Shown here piece by piece: positions 10,570 through 21,603 of a stretch of 64,000 nucleotides of DNA; within the stretch, counting starts at the first letter, position 1; each line of letters opens with the position of its first letter. The notes beneath the pieces are model-generated. The model worked only from the letters and a program-made list of their open reading frames with translations, searched no databases and was not told the DNA's origin. Source of the DNA: Patescibacteria group bacterium (lineage in GTDB: Bacteria; Patescibacteriota; Gracilibacteria; Absconditabacterales; Absconditicoccaceae); assembly GCA_017992195.1 (NCBI GenBank), contig JAGOPC010000003.1, positions 5,127 to 69,126 of the forward strand, in the 5' to 3' direction. A program made the translations under genes and the position numbers.

Positions 10570-10593
10570 TATGTGCCTGTAGATTATAAACTA

Positions 10594-12543
10594 TTAGTTA
10601 GTAACTTTTGCTTCCACCTTCTTCAGCTCCTCATGATACTCATCAAGTAATTTCTTCATGAAGATCTCTGCATCGTGTGGCTCTTTCATGAAGCTTTCGA
10701 ACTCTTCTCTGGTGAGGTACTCTTTTTCGCTGAGTACCTTCGCCATCTTCTCCATCAGCTCTTTAGAGTCGAGGAGGATCGCTTTTGATTTTTGGTAAGC
10801 TGCGTTGATGAGTTCTTTTACTTTGAGATCGATCAGCTCAGCAGTCTTTTCTGAATATGGTTTAAACATCTCATACTCTCACATATTCTTGTTAATGTAG
10901 ACAACCTGTCCGAGCTCTTCGTCCATTCCATATTTGATGATCATATCAGTAGCGATCTTTGTCACTCTTTCAAAGTCGTTCGACGCTCCGGTTGTAATAT
11001 GTTTTTCTCCGAAGAAGATCTCTTCAGCAGCGCGTCCGCCGAGGAGTGAAACCATCTGGTCGAGGAATTTCGCCTTGCTGTATAAGTAGCTGTCTACTTC
11101 TGGCATCATCCAGGTAACACCAAGCGCCATACCACGTGATACGATAGAGATCTTTTCCACCGGATCAGACTCAGGCGTATGAAATGCAGTAACCGCATGT
11201 CCAAGTTCGTGGAACGCTATGATCTCTTTTTCTCTTCCCTGCAATGACTTGATCTTCTTCTCCGGTCACATGACCATCTTTTCGAGACCATAGTCGAGAT
11301 CTCTGTTCGTCATCACTATTCTATTTTCTTTCGCTGCTTTGAGAGCGGCTTCATTTAAAATATTTTCTATATCTGCTCCGACAAAACCACTTGTCTTACG
11401 AGCAAGGGCATCAAGATTAACACTCTTATCTATCTTCTTGTTCTTCAAGTGATACTTGATGATCAACACTCTCTCTTCGAGCGTCGGACGGTTTACCATC
11501 ACCTTACGGTCAAATCTTCCTGAACGGAGGAGCGCTGGATCTAAGGTATCAGGCCTATTTGTTGCTGCGATAACAATCAGACGAGTGCCTTGTTCAAATC
11601 CGTCCATTTCTGTCAATATCTGGTTGAGCGTCTGCTCCTGCTCCTGATGTCCGCCAGTGAAACCTGAGCCACGTCTCTTACCGATCGCATCGATCTCATC
11701 GATGAAGATGATCGCAGGAGCAGCAGCTTTTGCCTTATTGAAAAGCTCTCTGACCTTCGCAGCACCCATACCTACGAGCATTTCCATAAATTCAGAACCG
11801 CTCGCTGAGAAGAACGGCACATTCGCTTCGCCGGCAACAGCTCTCGCGAGTAATGTCTTTCCGCTTCCTGGCTCTCCGAAGAGGAGTACGCCTTTCGGTA
11901 CACGCGCACCGGCTTTTGAAAATTTATCAGGATTTTTCAGGAACTCAACAATCTCTACGAGCTCTTCTTTCACCTCGTCCATACCTGCAACATCTGAAAA
12001 TCTTGTCGTAATATCTTTCTTTGTCTTAAGTTTTCCTGCCTGGATGTTGAATGGCATACCACCTCATTTTGGTCCAAAGAATCTCAATAGGAAAAATGCG
12101 GCGATCAGGAAAAAGAGCAGCGGAAGAATATCTTCCATGAATATTTTTGATAATGTATTGCCTTCTTCTGTAGTCGCCGTAATAGGCGTACTTCCTGTAA
12201 GAGAAACACCGAGATCCTTCAGCGTCGTATTTTCCGGCTTCTCTGAGGTGAACACATTATAGTAGACTACGGGATAGTCGGCAGGAAAAAAGCTCCCTCC
12301 AGTCTTCTCCGACTTCTGGTAGCCTTCGATCAGGGTATCATTGATCACCGTCACCTTCTCGAACGTTCCGCTCTGATAGAGTGCAAGCCGCGCCGTCAGA
12401 TCACTAGCGCGAGTATTGTCGACCTTTGCGATAATTTTCTCTCCTTTCTCATCGGTGCTTATATCATAATTACTATTCACAAAATACAAAAGTGCTGTAA
12501 CAACTACGGCAAATATAATAAACCAACGTACTCCCTTTTTCAT
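10594..12543 (-). CDS. ftsH: ATP-dependent zinc metalloprotease FtsH
   Basis: Pieces 12064..12543, 11266..12057, 10879..11244 and 10594..10869 share one frame. The TGA at 12064-12066 gives ...FGPK-G-GGMPF. Walker A GEPGSGKT, SRH ...DPALLRSGRFDR, zinc motif HELGHA. TAA at 10594. Confidence 0.95.
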
Positions 12544-12593
12544 CCTTGATCGAGCAAAACAACTAAAATCTCACGATATTATCGTAGGAGCAT

Positions 12594-12621
12594 AATATAG
12601 GCAAATAGTAGATCATTGCAA
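12594..12621 (-). promoter_or_regulatory. Predicted promoter TTGCAA-N16-TATATT upstream of ftsH
   Basis: -35 at 12616-12621 and -10 at 12594-12599 (minus strand), about 50 nt upstream of the ftsH ATG. Confidence 0.5.
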
Positions 12622-12640
12622 GGGAGTGAAACCCATACTG

Positions 12641-13579
12641 TTATTGGAATCGTGCCTTCTTTGCCTTATCAAGAAGATATCTTGTAGATCTTCACAATCC
12701 TGCTGAGCGATATCCTTTCAATGATTGACCTACACTGGCATCTTTCACTATAGATGTAATAGCTTTTTTTATCTGTTCCTGCATGATCGTTCTATCGTTA
12801 AATCTCGTTACTTCTCATGCTACCTCACGAAGATGGCTAGGAAGACTATAATAAAGATTCGCGGTCTCTCTTGGCTCAAATGTTTGTTGTATCTTATCGC
12901 CATTAAGTGCTTGAAGAATATCTTTTTTTGAGTTAATAATAGGTGCATAGATATTCTCAAATCCTTCCCGGCTCCCTTTCACGATTCTTCCTACTTTGTC
13001 TTTAGGTTCCCCTCTCAGCATTTTTCTGGAATCTCCCATATACGACAGGTTAGCAATCTTCATATAAAGATCCATCTTTGAGAACTCTTCTGGCAGGAAC
13101 AAGAGAGCAGTATTGACTGCACTATTTCGGTTATTTCTCATAGCCTCATCGATCTTTTCATTTTCCAGAATGGTCGCCATTGGCTTATGCGCTCTTCCTG
13201 CTACGTATAGATGCGATCGCTCATTGAGATCTCTGATCATATCATCTACTGAAATGACGCCATACTTTATCGTCTGTCCCTCGAATGGAACATAGGGATG
13301 ATAGTAGATCTTCGCACACGTTTCTTGTAATGCGTCGATGATCTCAAGCCCATGCTTCCTCGCATATTTTGAGTAATCATTCGCATTGTTTTCGAGATTT
13401 GCCTTATGCCACTCGTGCGTATTCTCTACCGGAAAAATTAAGTCTATCATATTCTTCTTACTGACATTTCACTCTTGAGTAAAAAGTCCTGAACCATATC
13501 CGTAAACTCCGTCCTTCCCTTTTTGCAAATTATACTTTGTCGTCAATATGTCCGGATCGAAAGATAGTTGTTTATTCAT
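12641..13579 (-). CDS. Tam41/Mmp37-type phosphatidate cytidylyltransferase (CDP-diacylglycerol synthase)
   Basis: ATG at 13579. Joined through TGA at 13469, 12815 and 12692. Tam41 hallmarks: GVYGYGSGLFTQ, DLIF.V....WH..NL, KYGVISVDDM, (W)SHLYVAGRAHKP, LSYMGDSR, EPKDKVGRIV. TAA at 12641. Confidence 0.75.
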
Positions 13580-13685
13580 TATTCTAGCTTTTATCCTATA
13601 TAAAAACACCAATGTCGATACTTTACCCAATACGATATAAGAGTCAATGGTTGATTTTTGCCGCTTAATCCCTATAGTTTGCTCT

Positions 13686-14288
13686 ATGACCTACAATCCT
13701 TACGACCATTACTTTAAACAAGCGAAAAAATCCTGATATAAAGCCAGGAGTGCTTTCAAGTTGGAGGAGATTGATAAAAAGTACAAGATTTTTGATAGAA
13801 ATGTGAAGACAGTGATGGACATCGGTTGTTCGCCCGGCTCACGAATGCAGTATGTTAATGAAAACATGAAGAAAAATTCTATTAAAAATCCCGTTATCAT
13901 CGGTTTGGATATTAAACCCTCGACGGTTGAGATTCCCGGCGTTCATCGATATGTGCAGGATATTCAGGATACAGCAGCGGTTGGTAAGATAATTGGAAAA
14001 CATGGAGTGGAGAAATTTGATGCGATTATTTCTGATATGGCGCCGAATACGATCGGATTTAAGGATGTGGACGCTATAAGGAGTATCGAGCTTTTACGTA
14101 CGACATTGCCGTTGTATGCGCAGTTTCTGAAAGCCGGAGGCAAGGCTGTCATTAAAATTTTCATGGGTCCAGGCTTCGAAGAGTTTGTGAAAGAGTTTAA
14201 AGCGATCGTCGGTGACAAAAATGTGAAGGTCTTTAAGCCGAGCGCGTGCAGAAAGGAGAGTAAGGAGACGTATATTGTGAAGTTTTAA
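13686..14288 (+). CDS. rlmE: 23S rRNA (uridine-2'-O)-methyltransferase RlmE/FtsJ
   Basis: MTYNPYDHYFKQAKKS-G-YKARSAFKLEEID (TGA at 13734-13736). SAM motif DIGCSPGS(CGA)MQY, where the family has PGGW. ISDMAPN... Confidence 0.88.
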
Positions 14289-14315
14289 AAAAAGATCCCG
14301 AGGGATCTTTTTTAG
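14287..14315. terminator. Bidirectional terminator between the convergent genes rlmE and 14312..15055
   Basis: A6, stem GATCC/GGATC, then T6. Confidence 0.6.
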
Positions 14316-15055
14316 TAGTCGTCTTCTTGCTGAGTAGCAAATTTATTTCGGACCTCCTGATCAGTCGCATCCCATACGGCTTCTACTGTTTCTGGGTAGT
14401 ACTTTGCTGTACCCGCATGAAAGTACTGATGCATAAGAAAGTCAAACTTTCTTCTTGGTCGTCCTTTGATGACTATCATTATTGCGTTTGGCCTTTTCTT
14501 GTGAAGATCTTCAGTCGCGTTAACCATAGCAAATTTTCCTGAGTTTGGATCACCAAACGCCCCCGGAAAATCTATATAGTCTTCTATTCAACCATTGCCT
14601 TCGTCATCTCGCATATCGATATTATTTTCCGCATTGATTTTGTCTCCAAAGTCTGGATTCATGCCTATCCCGTGAAGATCTTTATTGTAGAAAAAGAGAA
14701 CTCTATCTACTGGCAAACCTCATCTCGACGTCGCATTCTCTTTCCCATTTTTAATAAACGCAAGAAGTTTTTTCTTTACATGTTTTCTGTGAGGCTCGCC
14801 TCCAGAAAAGAGAGGTAATAGATTGTCGAAGTAGTCAGAAAGTCATTGCTCATCATCTATCGCAATAGTATGAAATGGCTTCGCATGATTTTCGCTATAG
14901 ATGCCTTCATATACCTGCTGAAGCGTAGCTTTTAAAGCTGCTTTTTGTGCTGGCGTATATGATTCTAGGGCAAAGAGGAGTCATTGCTTAATATCATTTG
15001 TATCAGCAGTAGTAATGTCTGCTGGCGACTCTCAGGGTTTATTAGTAAGTGACAT
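14312..15055 (-). CDS. Hypothetical protein (247 aa)
   Basis: ATG at 15055. One frame through five TGA codons down to ORF 14312..14527. TAA at 14312. No family recognised. Confidence 0.5.
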
Positions 15056-15149
15056 GACTATAATATGGTATATAAATATCCCGGATATGATATCCTTTCC
15101 GTAAACTAAGTCAATAGTGCTTTAAGTCTAGCTCTATGCTAAAACCTAT

Positions 15150-15177
15150 TTGCAAATATTGTATAATTGCATATACT
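15150..15177 (+). promoter_or_regulatory. Predicted promoter TTGCAA-N16-TATACT; the -10 ends 6 nt before the ATG (leaderless candidate)
   Basis: -35 at 15150-15155, -10 at 15172-15177, ATG at 15184. Confidence 0.45.
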
Positions 15178-15183
15178 TTAACT

Positions 15184-15954
15184 ATGCCGTCAACTAACGA
15201 CAAACTTTTTCAAGAGACACTTCCACACTTTCTCACGCTTGGTTATAATGAGCTTGATTGTTTGGTGTATATGACAACATTGCCATATGGATCTGTCTCT
15301 ATGGTGACTATTGCGAGATTGACCAATAAGGCCAGATCGACGATCTATGAGTCGGTGAAGAGGCTTGTTGCTAAAGGAATCTTGGTGGAGGAGCCACAGG
15401 CAAAGACGACTCATTATAGAGCGATTAGTATAGAACAATTCTTGGTGCTTATTCAGGAACAGTCGAAAGAGCTCCACTCAGTCCAAGAGTTTTTTGCCCA
15501 GTATAAGGACCAATTTGATACACTTAAATCAGGAGTCACTGCCGCTCCATTAGTGAAATTCTATGGTACAGCTGAGATTACGAGCGTGATGTGGAAACAG
15601 ATCAAAAAATCAGAGTTCGTTCGCAGCATCCGGGATATAGATCGATGTATGGAATACTTTGCGCTTAATATAGAGCAGACGACTGAACTAGCTAATACTT
15701 CGCTCTGAATTACACATCGTATACTCTACGATTCTCCCGCTGCCAGAGCCTATAAGAAGAAGCATCAGTCGAAGACGTATCGCATTAAACTCTGTAAGGA
15801 ACCGTCTATCAAAAAGGCGGACGTGATGATCATGGATGGAAGCTATTTTCATACATCTTATGATAAACAGCTGGTAGGCATGCAGATCAATGATAAGCAG
15901 ATCTTCGATCTTCAAGCTATGCTTTTTGATCAATTACGATCTAATTTATCATAA
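15184..15954 (+). CDS. TrmB-family transcriptional regulator
   Basis: N-terminal wHTH FLTLGYNELDCLVYMTTLPYGSVSMVTIARLTNKARSTIYESVKRLVAKGILVEE. Reads through TGA 15706-15708 to TAA 15952-15954. Confidence 0.65.
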
Positions 15955-16052
15955 TTGCCGTCGAATAACGGCGCCATGAAACGCAGGTAAGAACTTGTGT
16001 TTTTTCTTTTTCGTTTTATAATATTGACATGTTTATATTCTGATCTAAAAAA

Positions 16053-17006
16053 ATGAAGCAATCAATTAATGCCTCATGGCGTCAAAAAATCACCTCTACT
16101 ATTATGTCATTTTTCGGAAAATCTAACGATGAAACAGTGAAAGCGCTTGTAACTGAAATGACGTACGAAGACCTTTTGGAGGCTTATATTAGTAGATGAT
16201 TTGATATAACTGTAGCTGAGTCTTTTGCTAAAAGAGATGTTTTGAAGCAGCGCTTGCAAAGTAAGCAGGGAAAAGAAGAGCTGATCGCATCAAAGAGAAA
16301 AGAAGAAAAGAGGAAACAAGAAGAAGAACAAAAAATGCTTGAAGATAAAGAAAGATATAATTCTCATGTGCTTTCCAAGGAGAAGAGTGATGAGTACATG
16401 CAGCAATTCTTACAGATACATGAGCTTTTACAAAACGCTTATCTTATTGATAATCGTACTAGTGGACAGAGGTCTTACGATAAGATTATTTTTGAGACGA
16501 TGATAAGAGACAAGAATATACAGGTGGATATACTATTTGATGCCAACTTCTCCACGTTCGAAGGAAATCAAGTATATAAACGTAGAAAATGAATCAATTA
16601 TGGTATTGATGCTCAAAACTATTCTGTCAAGAATTATATTGATATTGAACATTCTTTGATGAATAAGGTTTATGAGAACGTTGGACTTTTCGCTATAGGT
16701 AGTCTCCCTAGCTCGGGTGAAATTATTCTCGATCGTGTATGTCTGGAACAGGATGGAAGAGGAGATGTCTATGGAAGAGTGAATAAAATGAAGTATGTGA
16801 ATGCAAACGGTAACAATAGACAGGAGCAGTATAGATGACTCTATCCTGAAGAGCTTGTGATGCTACTGATTATGGATGGAACGTTGACGCTTGAAAATGT
16901 GAAAAAGAAATTAGAAGAGCTGATGCAAAAGCAGTTAGATGATTTACAGAGAACCCTTGACGAGACCGATGAAAAAATAAAAAAGCTCTCAGGAGAGATC
17001 TCATAA
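16053..17006 (+). CDS. Hypothetical coiled-coil protein (317 aa)
   Basis: ATG at 16053. ORFs 16242..16592 and 16656..16838 share one frame, joined via TGA at 16197-16199, 16590 and 16836. TAA at 17004-17006. Confidence 0.5.
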
Positions 17007-17008
17007 AT

Positions 17009-17034
17009 AAAAAAAGCCCCGGTAAGCCGGGGCT
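17009..17034. terminator. Hairpin terminator between convergent genes (the U-run is good only on the minus transcript)
   Basis: 8-bp stem AGCCCCGG/CCGGGGCT with loop TAAG. A7 on the plus side gives U7 for the minus-strand gene 17060..17602. Confidence 0.65.
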
Positions 17035-17059
17035 TATATGCATTCACTGAAGACGACCA

Positions 17060-17602
17060 TCAGTCATCAAGCTCTTCGAACCTACACTTCAATACGTGTA
17101 AGAAATAGTAATTATGTATTATCCAAATGTTGCGTAGGCGATTGGTATCCCAGTAGCCATCTTTCGTTATGCAGTCTGTTAGCTGTGACTTAACAACTGT
17201 GAGAAAACGATCCATGTGATCTTCTCCCCCAAGTAGCCGCCCGCATAATGCGAAGATAACGATAGCTCCTAACAACATGGGTATCGCCTGGTCGTTGATG
17301 TTATCAACGATGGCGTACACATCGCCCAAATCAATCCCACCCCTATGCTCTGGGTGTTTATATAAAAAGGGGACATATTCCTCGCCTTTTGCCACAAACA
17401 GCTCGTTGAATGTCTTGCAGCCGTCTTCTCCTAATGAGATCGACCAGCGATAGGATTTTTTTGTAAGAACATCTTCATTGTATCGCCCTGCGTATGCTTT
17501 TGTTAATACCAAAATATCGGTATCATCCAGTGGCACTCTACGAGACGAAAAGGAGCAAATAATTACTGTGCCGTCGGGAAGTGTTATTTTCAGTTTTTTC
17601 AT
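17060..17602 (-). CDS. Hypothetical protein (180 aa) whose ORF ends at TGA
   Basis: Uninterrupted ORF. Its only nearby stop is TGA 17060-17062, 25 nt before the terminator. Under TGA=Gly the frame runs on to TAG 16841 through the terminator and antisense to the neighbouring gene (see findings). Confidence 0.45.
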   Translation of the reverse strand: MKKLKITLPDGTVIICSFSSRRVPLDDTDILVLTKAYAGRYNEDVLTKKSYRWSISLGEDGCKTFNELFVAKGEEYVPFLYKHPEHRGGIDLGDVYAIVDNINDQAIPMLLGAIVIFALCGRLLGGEDHMDRFLTVVKSQLTDCITKDGYWDTNRLRNIWIIHNYYFLHVLKCRFEELDD

Positions 17603-17679
17603 AAGTATGTCTTTTAATGATCCGTGAATAGTTTTGTTTGAAAATATATTGTATGCTTATTGGTTATTAAGTCAATCCC

Positions 17680-17707
17680 TTGAAAATCACTAGGTAATAA
17701 CTATACT
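17680..17707 (+). promoter_or_regulatory. Predicted promoter TTGAAA-N16-TATACT upstream of der
   Basis: -35 at 17680-17685, -10 at 17702-17707, ATG at 17743. Confidence 0.5.
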
Positions 17708-17742
17708 CTAGCTCTATTATCTCCTGAAATAAGCATTTTTCT

Positions 17743-19212
17743 ATGAAAATTTGATTTATCTGAGCTACCAATGTCGGCAAGTCGACTCTGTTTAACCGTT
17801 TACTCGGGAGTTTTCGTGCGATCGTAACCGACATTCACGGAACGACAAGAGAGCTTCTCAGGGATCGTTCGATCTTGCGTGAACTTGAGGGTGTTGAACT
17901 CATCGACAGTCCGGGACTTGATAATTTCGACCAGGAGTTACCATATATTCAGACGATTATTGACGATGCTGATATTCTTCTGTTCATTGTCGACGGCAAG
18001 AAAGGAATGACTGCAAAAGAGGAGAAGATCCATGACATGATTATGTCGAGCGGCAAAAAAGAGAGAACCATCTTTGTCGTGAATAAACTTGAAGGACATC
18101 TTTTCGACAAAAAATACACACTTGCTCTTTCTGACTACTACACGTTAGGCTATAAGGAGGTGGTGGGAATCGCTGCAAAACACGGTGAAAACCTTGATGT
18201 TCTTATGGAAGAGGTGCATACGCTTGCAAAGAAATACTCACTCAGGGAGAAAAAATCTTCAGATAATCTCGAAGAGAGTGTTATCAATATCGCTATCGTG
18301 GGAAAACCAAATGCAGGAAAATCTTCATTACTTAACTATCTTGCTAAGGCAGAACTTGCACACGTGGACGAAAAACCGGGAACGACGCTCGACTATATTG
18401 TTACCGATCTGACGATCGGAAACCAACTTTTCAGGATGTACGATACCGCAGGTATCCGTCGTGGAGCGAGAGCCGTCCAGTTAGAGAAGATCGCATGGGA
18501 AAAGACTTTCAAGATGATTCAGTTTATGAAACCGATGATCATCATGATGATCGATATCACTGAATCTATCACCCATATGGACATGAAAATCATCGGTGAT
18601 ATGATCCGTTTTCATGTGCCGATTATCATCGTTCTCAACAAGGTCGATCTCGTAACAGCAAAAGAGCTTGAGCAGAAACAGGCACTGATCGTGAAATTTC
18701 TCGAGATGGCAAAGTGGATTCCTATCATCCCGATCTCAGCACAGAACGGTAAAGGAGTGACACAGCTCTTCAAATTCATTACAAAGATTCACAGTGAGAT
18801 GGGTCAGCGTATCACGACCTCACAGCTCAATAAAGTGCTTGGAGAAGCTATGGTCAAAAACCCTCCACGTTTCCCCAAAAACAAAATCTGTAGAATGTAC
18901 TACGCGTCACAAGTTTCAGCCCACCCGCCGCGCTTTGTGCTATTCATCAATTCGATGGCCAAGACCAACTTTGCTTACACGAGATGGGTCGACAACGTAC
19001 TCCGTCGTGCTTTCTGATTTGTCGGAGTGCCACTCGTTATTGAGTTCAAAGAGAAAGGTGACAGACATGCGTGGGACGATAAGTCACACAGAAGTGACAG
19101 AAGTGCTCACAATAAAGAGGAAGATACTGAGGCTTGAAATGTTACGCCGAATGTACGTCCTGTTAACGATGCAGACGCAGACGAGGGCGACGATGAAAGT
19201 CCATATGCGTAA
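17743..19212 (+). CDS. der: Ribosome-associated GTPase Der/EngA (tandem G domains plus KH-like domain)
   Basis: MKI-G-FI-G-ATNVGKSTLFN (TGA at 17752 and 17761). Second P-loop GKPNAGKSS, then NKVD. The tail RRAF-G-FVGVPLVIEF follows TGA 19015-19017. TAA at 19210-19212. Confidence 0.9.
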
Positions 19213-19243
19213 GAACGTTATTAATAAATAGATAATAGAAAAA

Positions 19244-19267
19244 AGCTCCCGAAATCGGGGGCTTTTG
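19244..19267 (+). terminator. Intrinsic terminator after der
   Basis: Stem AGCTCCCG/CGGGGGCT with loop AAAT, followed by TTTTG. Confidence 0.6.
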
Positions 19268-19293
19268 TGTTATATGTTCTGTCGTATAAGAGA

Positions 19294-19321
19294 TTGCAAT
19301 TTGTATCGGAGCTCATATATT
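19294..19321 (+). promoter_or_regulatory. Predicted promoter TTGCAA-N16-TATATT
   Basis: -35 at 19294-19299, -10 at 19316-19321, next ATG at 19354. Confidence 0.5.
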
Positions 19322-19353
19322 GCAGGTATTTATTTGTTTTTTTTATAGCCAAA

Positions 19354-20001
19354 ATGGATAAGCAGCAAAGTTTTTATGGCATCTTTAGACACGAGGGATT
19401 GAAGTTTGGATGGAAACATGCGAAGAAGGATTTTTGGTTTTTCTTTCAGATGTTCGTCCTGATCGCAGTAGTGAGCTATATTCCTGCGCTTGTTCAGCTG
19501 ATCGTGTGAGATAGTCAAGAAGTGTTGGTTATTGCGATTTCTTTCGTATGTCAGGTGCTGGCGATTATCTTCACCTTTGGTATGATCAAGATCTTTTTGC
19601 ATTTTGTGCATGAAAAAGCACACAAGCTTTCTGATCTCTGGGATCATAAATGGGTTCGTGTCGGACGATGGATCGTGACGAAATTCCTCGCAGGTATTCT
19701 TATCGCTATAGGATTCGTGCTGTTGATCATCCCTGGTATCTATGTCGCTGCAAGACTCTATCTCGCAGAGTACTTCGTTGTGGACCAAAATATGAATGCC
19801 ATCGAAGCTATTAGTGCAAGCCGGGAGATCACAAAGTGACACGTTCGGGAGATTATTGGTATCTGGCTGCTTACACTCGGTATCACCATCTTAGGTGTCA
19901 TCCCAGCTTTCATTGGACTTCTCTGGACTGTTCCAACTGTCAAACTTGCACAGGCAACACTCTATAAAAAACTTACTGCTCATGCAAAACATATTGAATA
20001 A
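19354..20001 (+). CDS. Hypothetical integral membrane protein
   Basis: MDKQQSFYG... The pieces 19267..19509 and 19522..19839 plus a tail share one frame via TGA at 19507 and 19837. TAA at 19999-20001. Several TM helices. Confidence 0.5.
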
Positions 20002-20428
20002 CATTACAACAACTAACATCCGCGCATTGAGTCGAAAAGAGCCTTTCGGCTCTCTCATGCTGTACGGCAAAATAGAAACAAGGACCTGGTCGACGAACTA
20101 TCGTTGACTGGTCCTTTTATGTTGTAGCCAAAAATGATACTCAGAAGCGGAGCTTTTGCGCGGGGCAAGAGAGAAACAATTTCAGCGCATAAAAAAGCTC
20201 CTTGCAGGAAAGGAGCTCCACCACTGACACGCTATCGCTGTGGGCCTATTAGTTGACTGTAGACCAATGAGGCCAGAGGACGCAGACGCATGCTTTGTAG
20301 CATTCGACCCGACGCTCCGATGCCACATCTACGAGGATGTCAGACCGATTAAACCATTTGCGTTTAAGTGAGCGCAGGGGTGGAAAAAATTAACTGTTCA
20401 GGAAATTTCTCAAATAAATAAGAAATAA
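19982..20428 (+). CDS. ASCH/PUA-like domain protein (tentative)
   Basis: KEPFGSLMLYGKIETRTWSTNYR-G-LVLL resembles the ASCH pattern (W/F.SLI..G.K..E.R.W.T.YRG). Four in-frame TGA. TAA at 20426-20428. The start overlaps the previous gene by 20 nt. Confidence 0.45.
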
Positions 20429-20456
20429 AAAAATCGGCGGGATGCCGATTTTTTTG
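20426..20456. terminator. Bidirectional terminator
   Basis: A7, stem ATCGGC/GCCGAT, then T7. It lies between convergent genes. Confidence 0.7.
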
Positions 20457-20467
20457 TCATAGACTCT

Positions 20468-21034
20468 CTAATGGCTTATTTGTAAAAGCTCAATTACCAT
20501 CTTCACTATCGGATCAGCTTCTGTTCCGTAGACCATCGCGCCGCCAAGTGCTCCTGTTATGGTCAGCGTGACGAGTCCTATTATTCACAGTATGATAGAT
20601 AATCAAAGTCTCCTATACAAAACAACAATGTTCTGTATTCGTGTATGGAGTATAGTGCTGATTACTTTTTTTCACCGACGGGTTGTGATTCCATCGTAGA
20701 GAAACCGTTGTAGCACATAGCCAATAGCAGATATCCCATACAGCCATACCGATATATTAGCAAAGTTCTCATGTCGTTCCATGATATCTCTTACGCCAAA
20801 CCCTGCATCTCCTGCCGCTTCACCAGTTGTGAGTGCTGCTTGTATTGAAATCAATCCTACGAGTAGCAGAAAGAGTTTGATATACCATACAGTTCTATTG
20901 TGGCGCACCTTGCGAAAAAGAGAGGCGATTTCAAGTAGGCTGTAGATTGTGAGTAGGGCGATAGGGAAGTGGACCATGATTGGATGAAGATTTTCAATAT
21001 TCATGTGAAAGAGTGAACTAATAAAATTATTCAT
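20468..21034 (-). CDS. DUF2231-like membrane protein
   Basis: The HPIMVHFPIALL motif is near the N-terminus. ORF 20672..21034 reads through TGA at 20672, 20602-20604 and 20587-20589 to TAG 20468-20470. Confidence 0.5.
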
Positions 21035-21091
21035 TCAATATAATTATTAAGGGTATATACATTCAATCTGTATTTACTATAAAATTTTTAC

Positions 21092-21129
21092 AAAAAAAAT
21101 AGTATGCCCGTTTGTGTGGAGACATACTA
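21092..21129 (-). terminator. Intrinsic terminator after ybaB
   Basis: Stem AGTATG/CATACT with a long loop. The A8 run on the plus strand gives a U-run on the minus transcript. Confidence 0.45.
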
Positions 21130-21181
21130 TTTCTGAGTGTTTAGTTTTGGGGTGTTTTATCCTTATGGAACGTATTCCATA

Positions 21182-21541
21182 CTAACTTAATCCAGGGATG
21201 TTTGGCATTCCACCACCTGATCCTCCAAGCATACTTCCCATTTGAGAGGGGTCAAAACCAAGGATCTCTTTCGTCTTTTCAGTCGCGATCTCCTGTGCTT
21301 TTGCTTGTCCTTTTTCAAAGGCTATTTGTATGGCTTGTTCGAGCTCTGATTTGCGCTCTACTGATAATACGCTTTCATCTACGATGTCTACTTTCTTGAT
21401 CTTCATCTCTCACGAAATCTCTACGATCACTTTCGGATTCTCCGTATTATCTTTTGCTCTGATTATGACACTTTTCAAAGCCTCTTGTAGCTTCTTATAT
21501 TTGTCATACATTTTCTTCATTTCTCCGAGCTGTCCAAACAT
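21182..21541 (-). CDS. ybaB: Nucleoid-associated protein YbaB/EbfC
   Basis: MFGQLGEMKKMYDKYKKLQEAL...VIVEIS-G-EMKIKKVDI (TGA at 21407-21409). C-terminal Gly-rich tail. Confidence 0.8.
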
Positions 21542-21603
21542 AGTAATCTGCGTAATAATGTAAAGGCTAATTTATTGCTTTGTGTTGACATATTGACACA
21601 ATA

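Noticed and set aside
11657-12262. 201-aa plus-strand ORF, and similar ORFs at 39279..39701, 45399..45773, 50536..51054 and 54977..55327.
   Set aside because: Each is antisense to a strongly conserved gene (ftsH, dnaB, gyrA, dnaE, gyrB) and has Ser/Pro/Leu-rich low-complexity composition. They are shadow ORFs.
10594-12543. ftsH, and likewise gyrA, the PBP, obg, murD, rlmN, the flippase and elp3, look like pseudogenes broken into 2-6 ORFs.
   Set aside because: All fragments of each gene are in one frame. The breaks are always TGA, never TAA, TAG or frameshifts. The TGAs align with conserved Gly. This is recoding, not decay.
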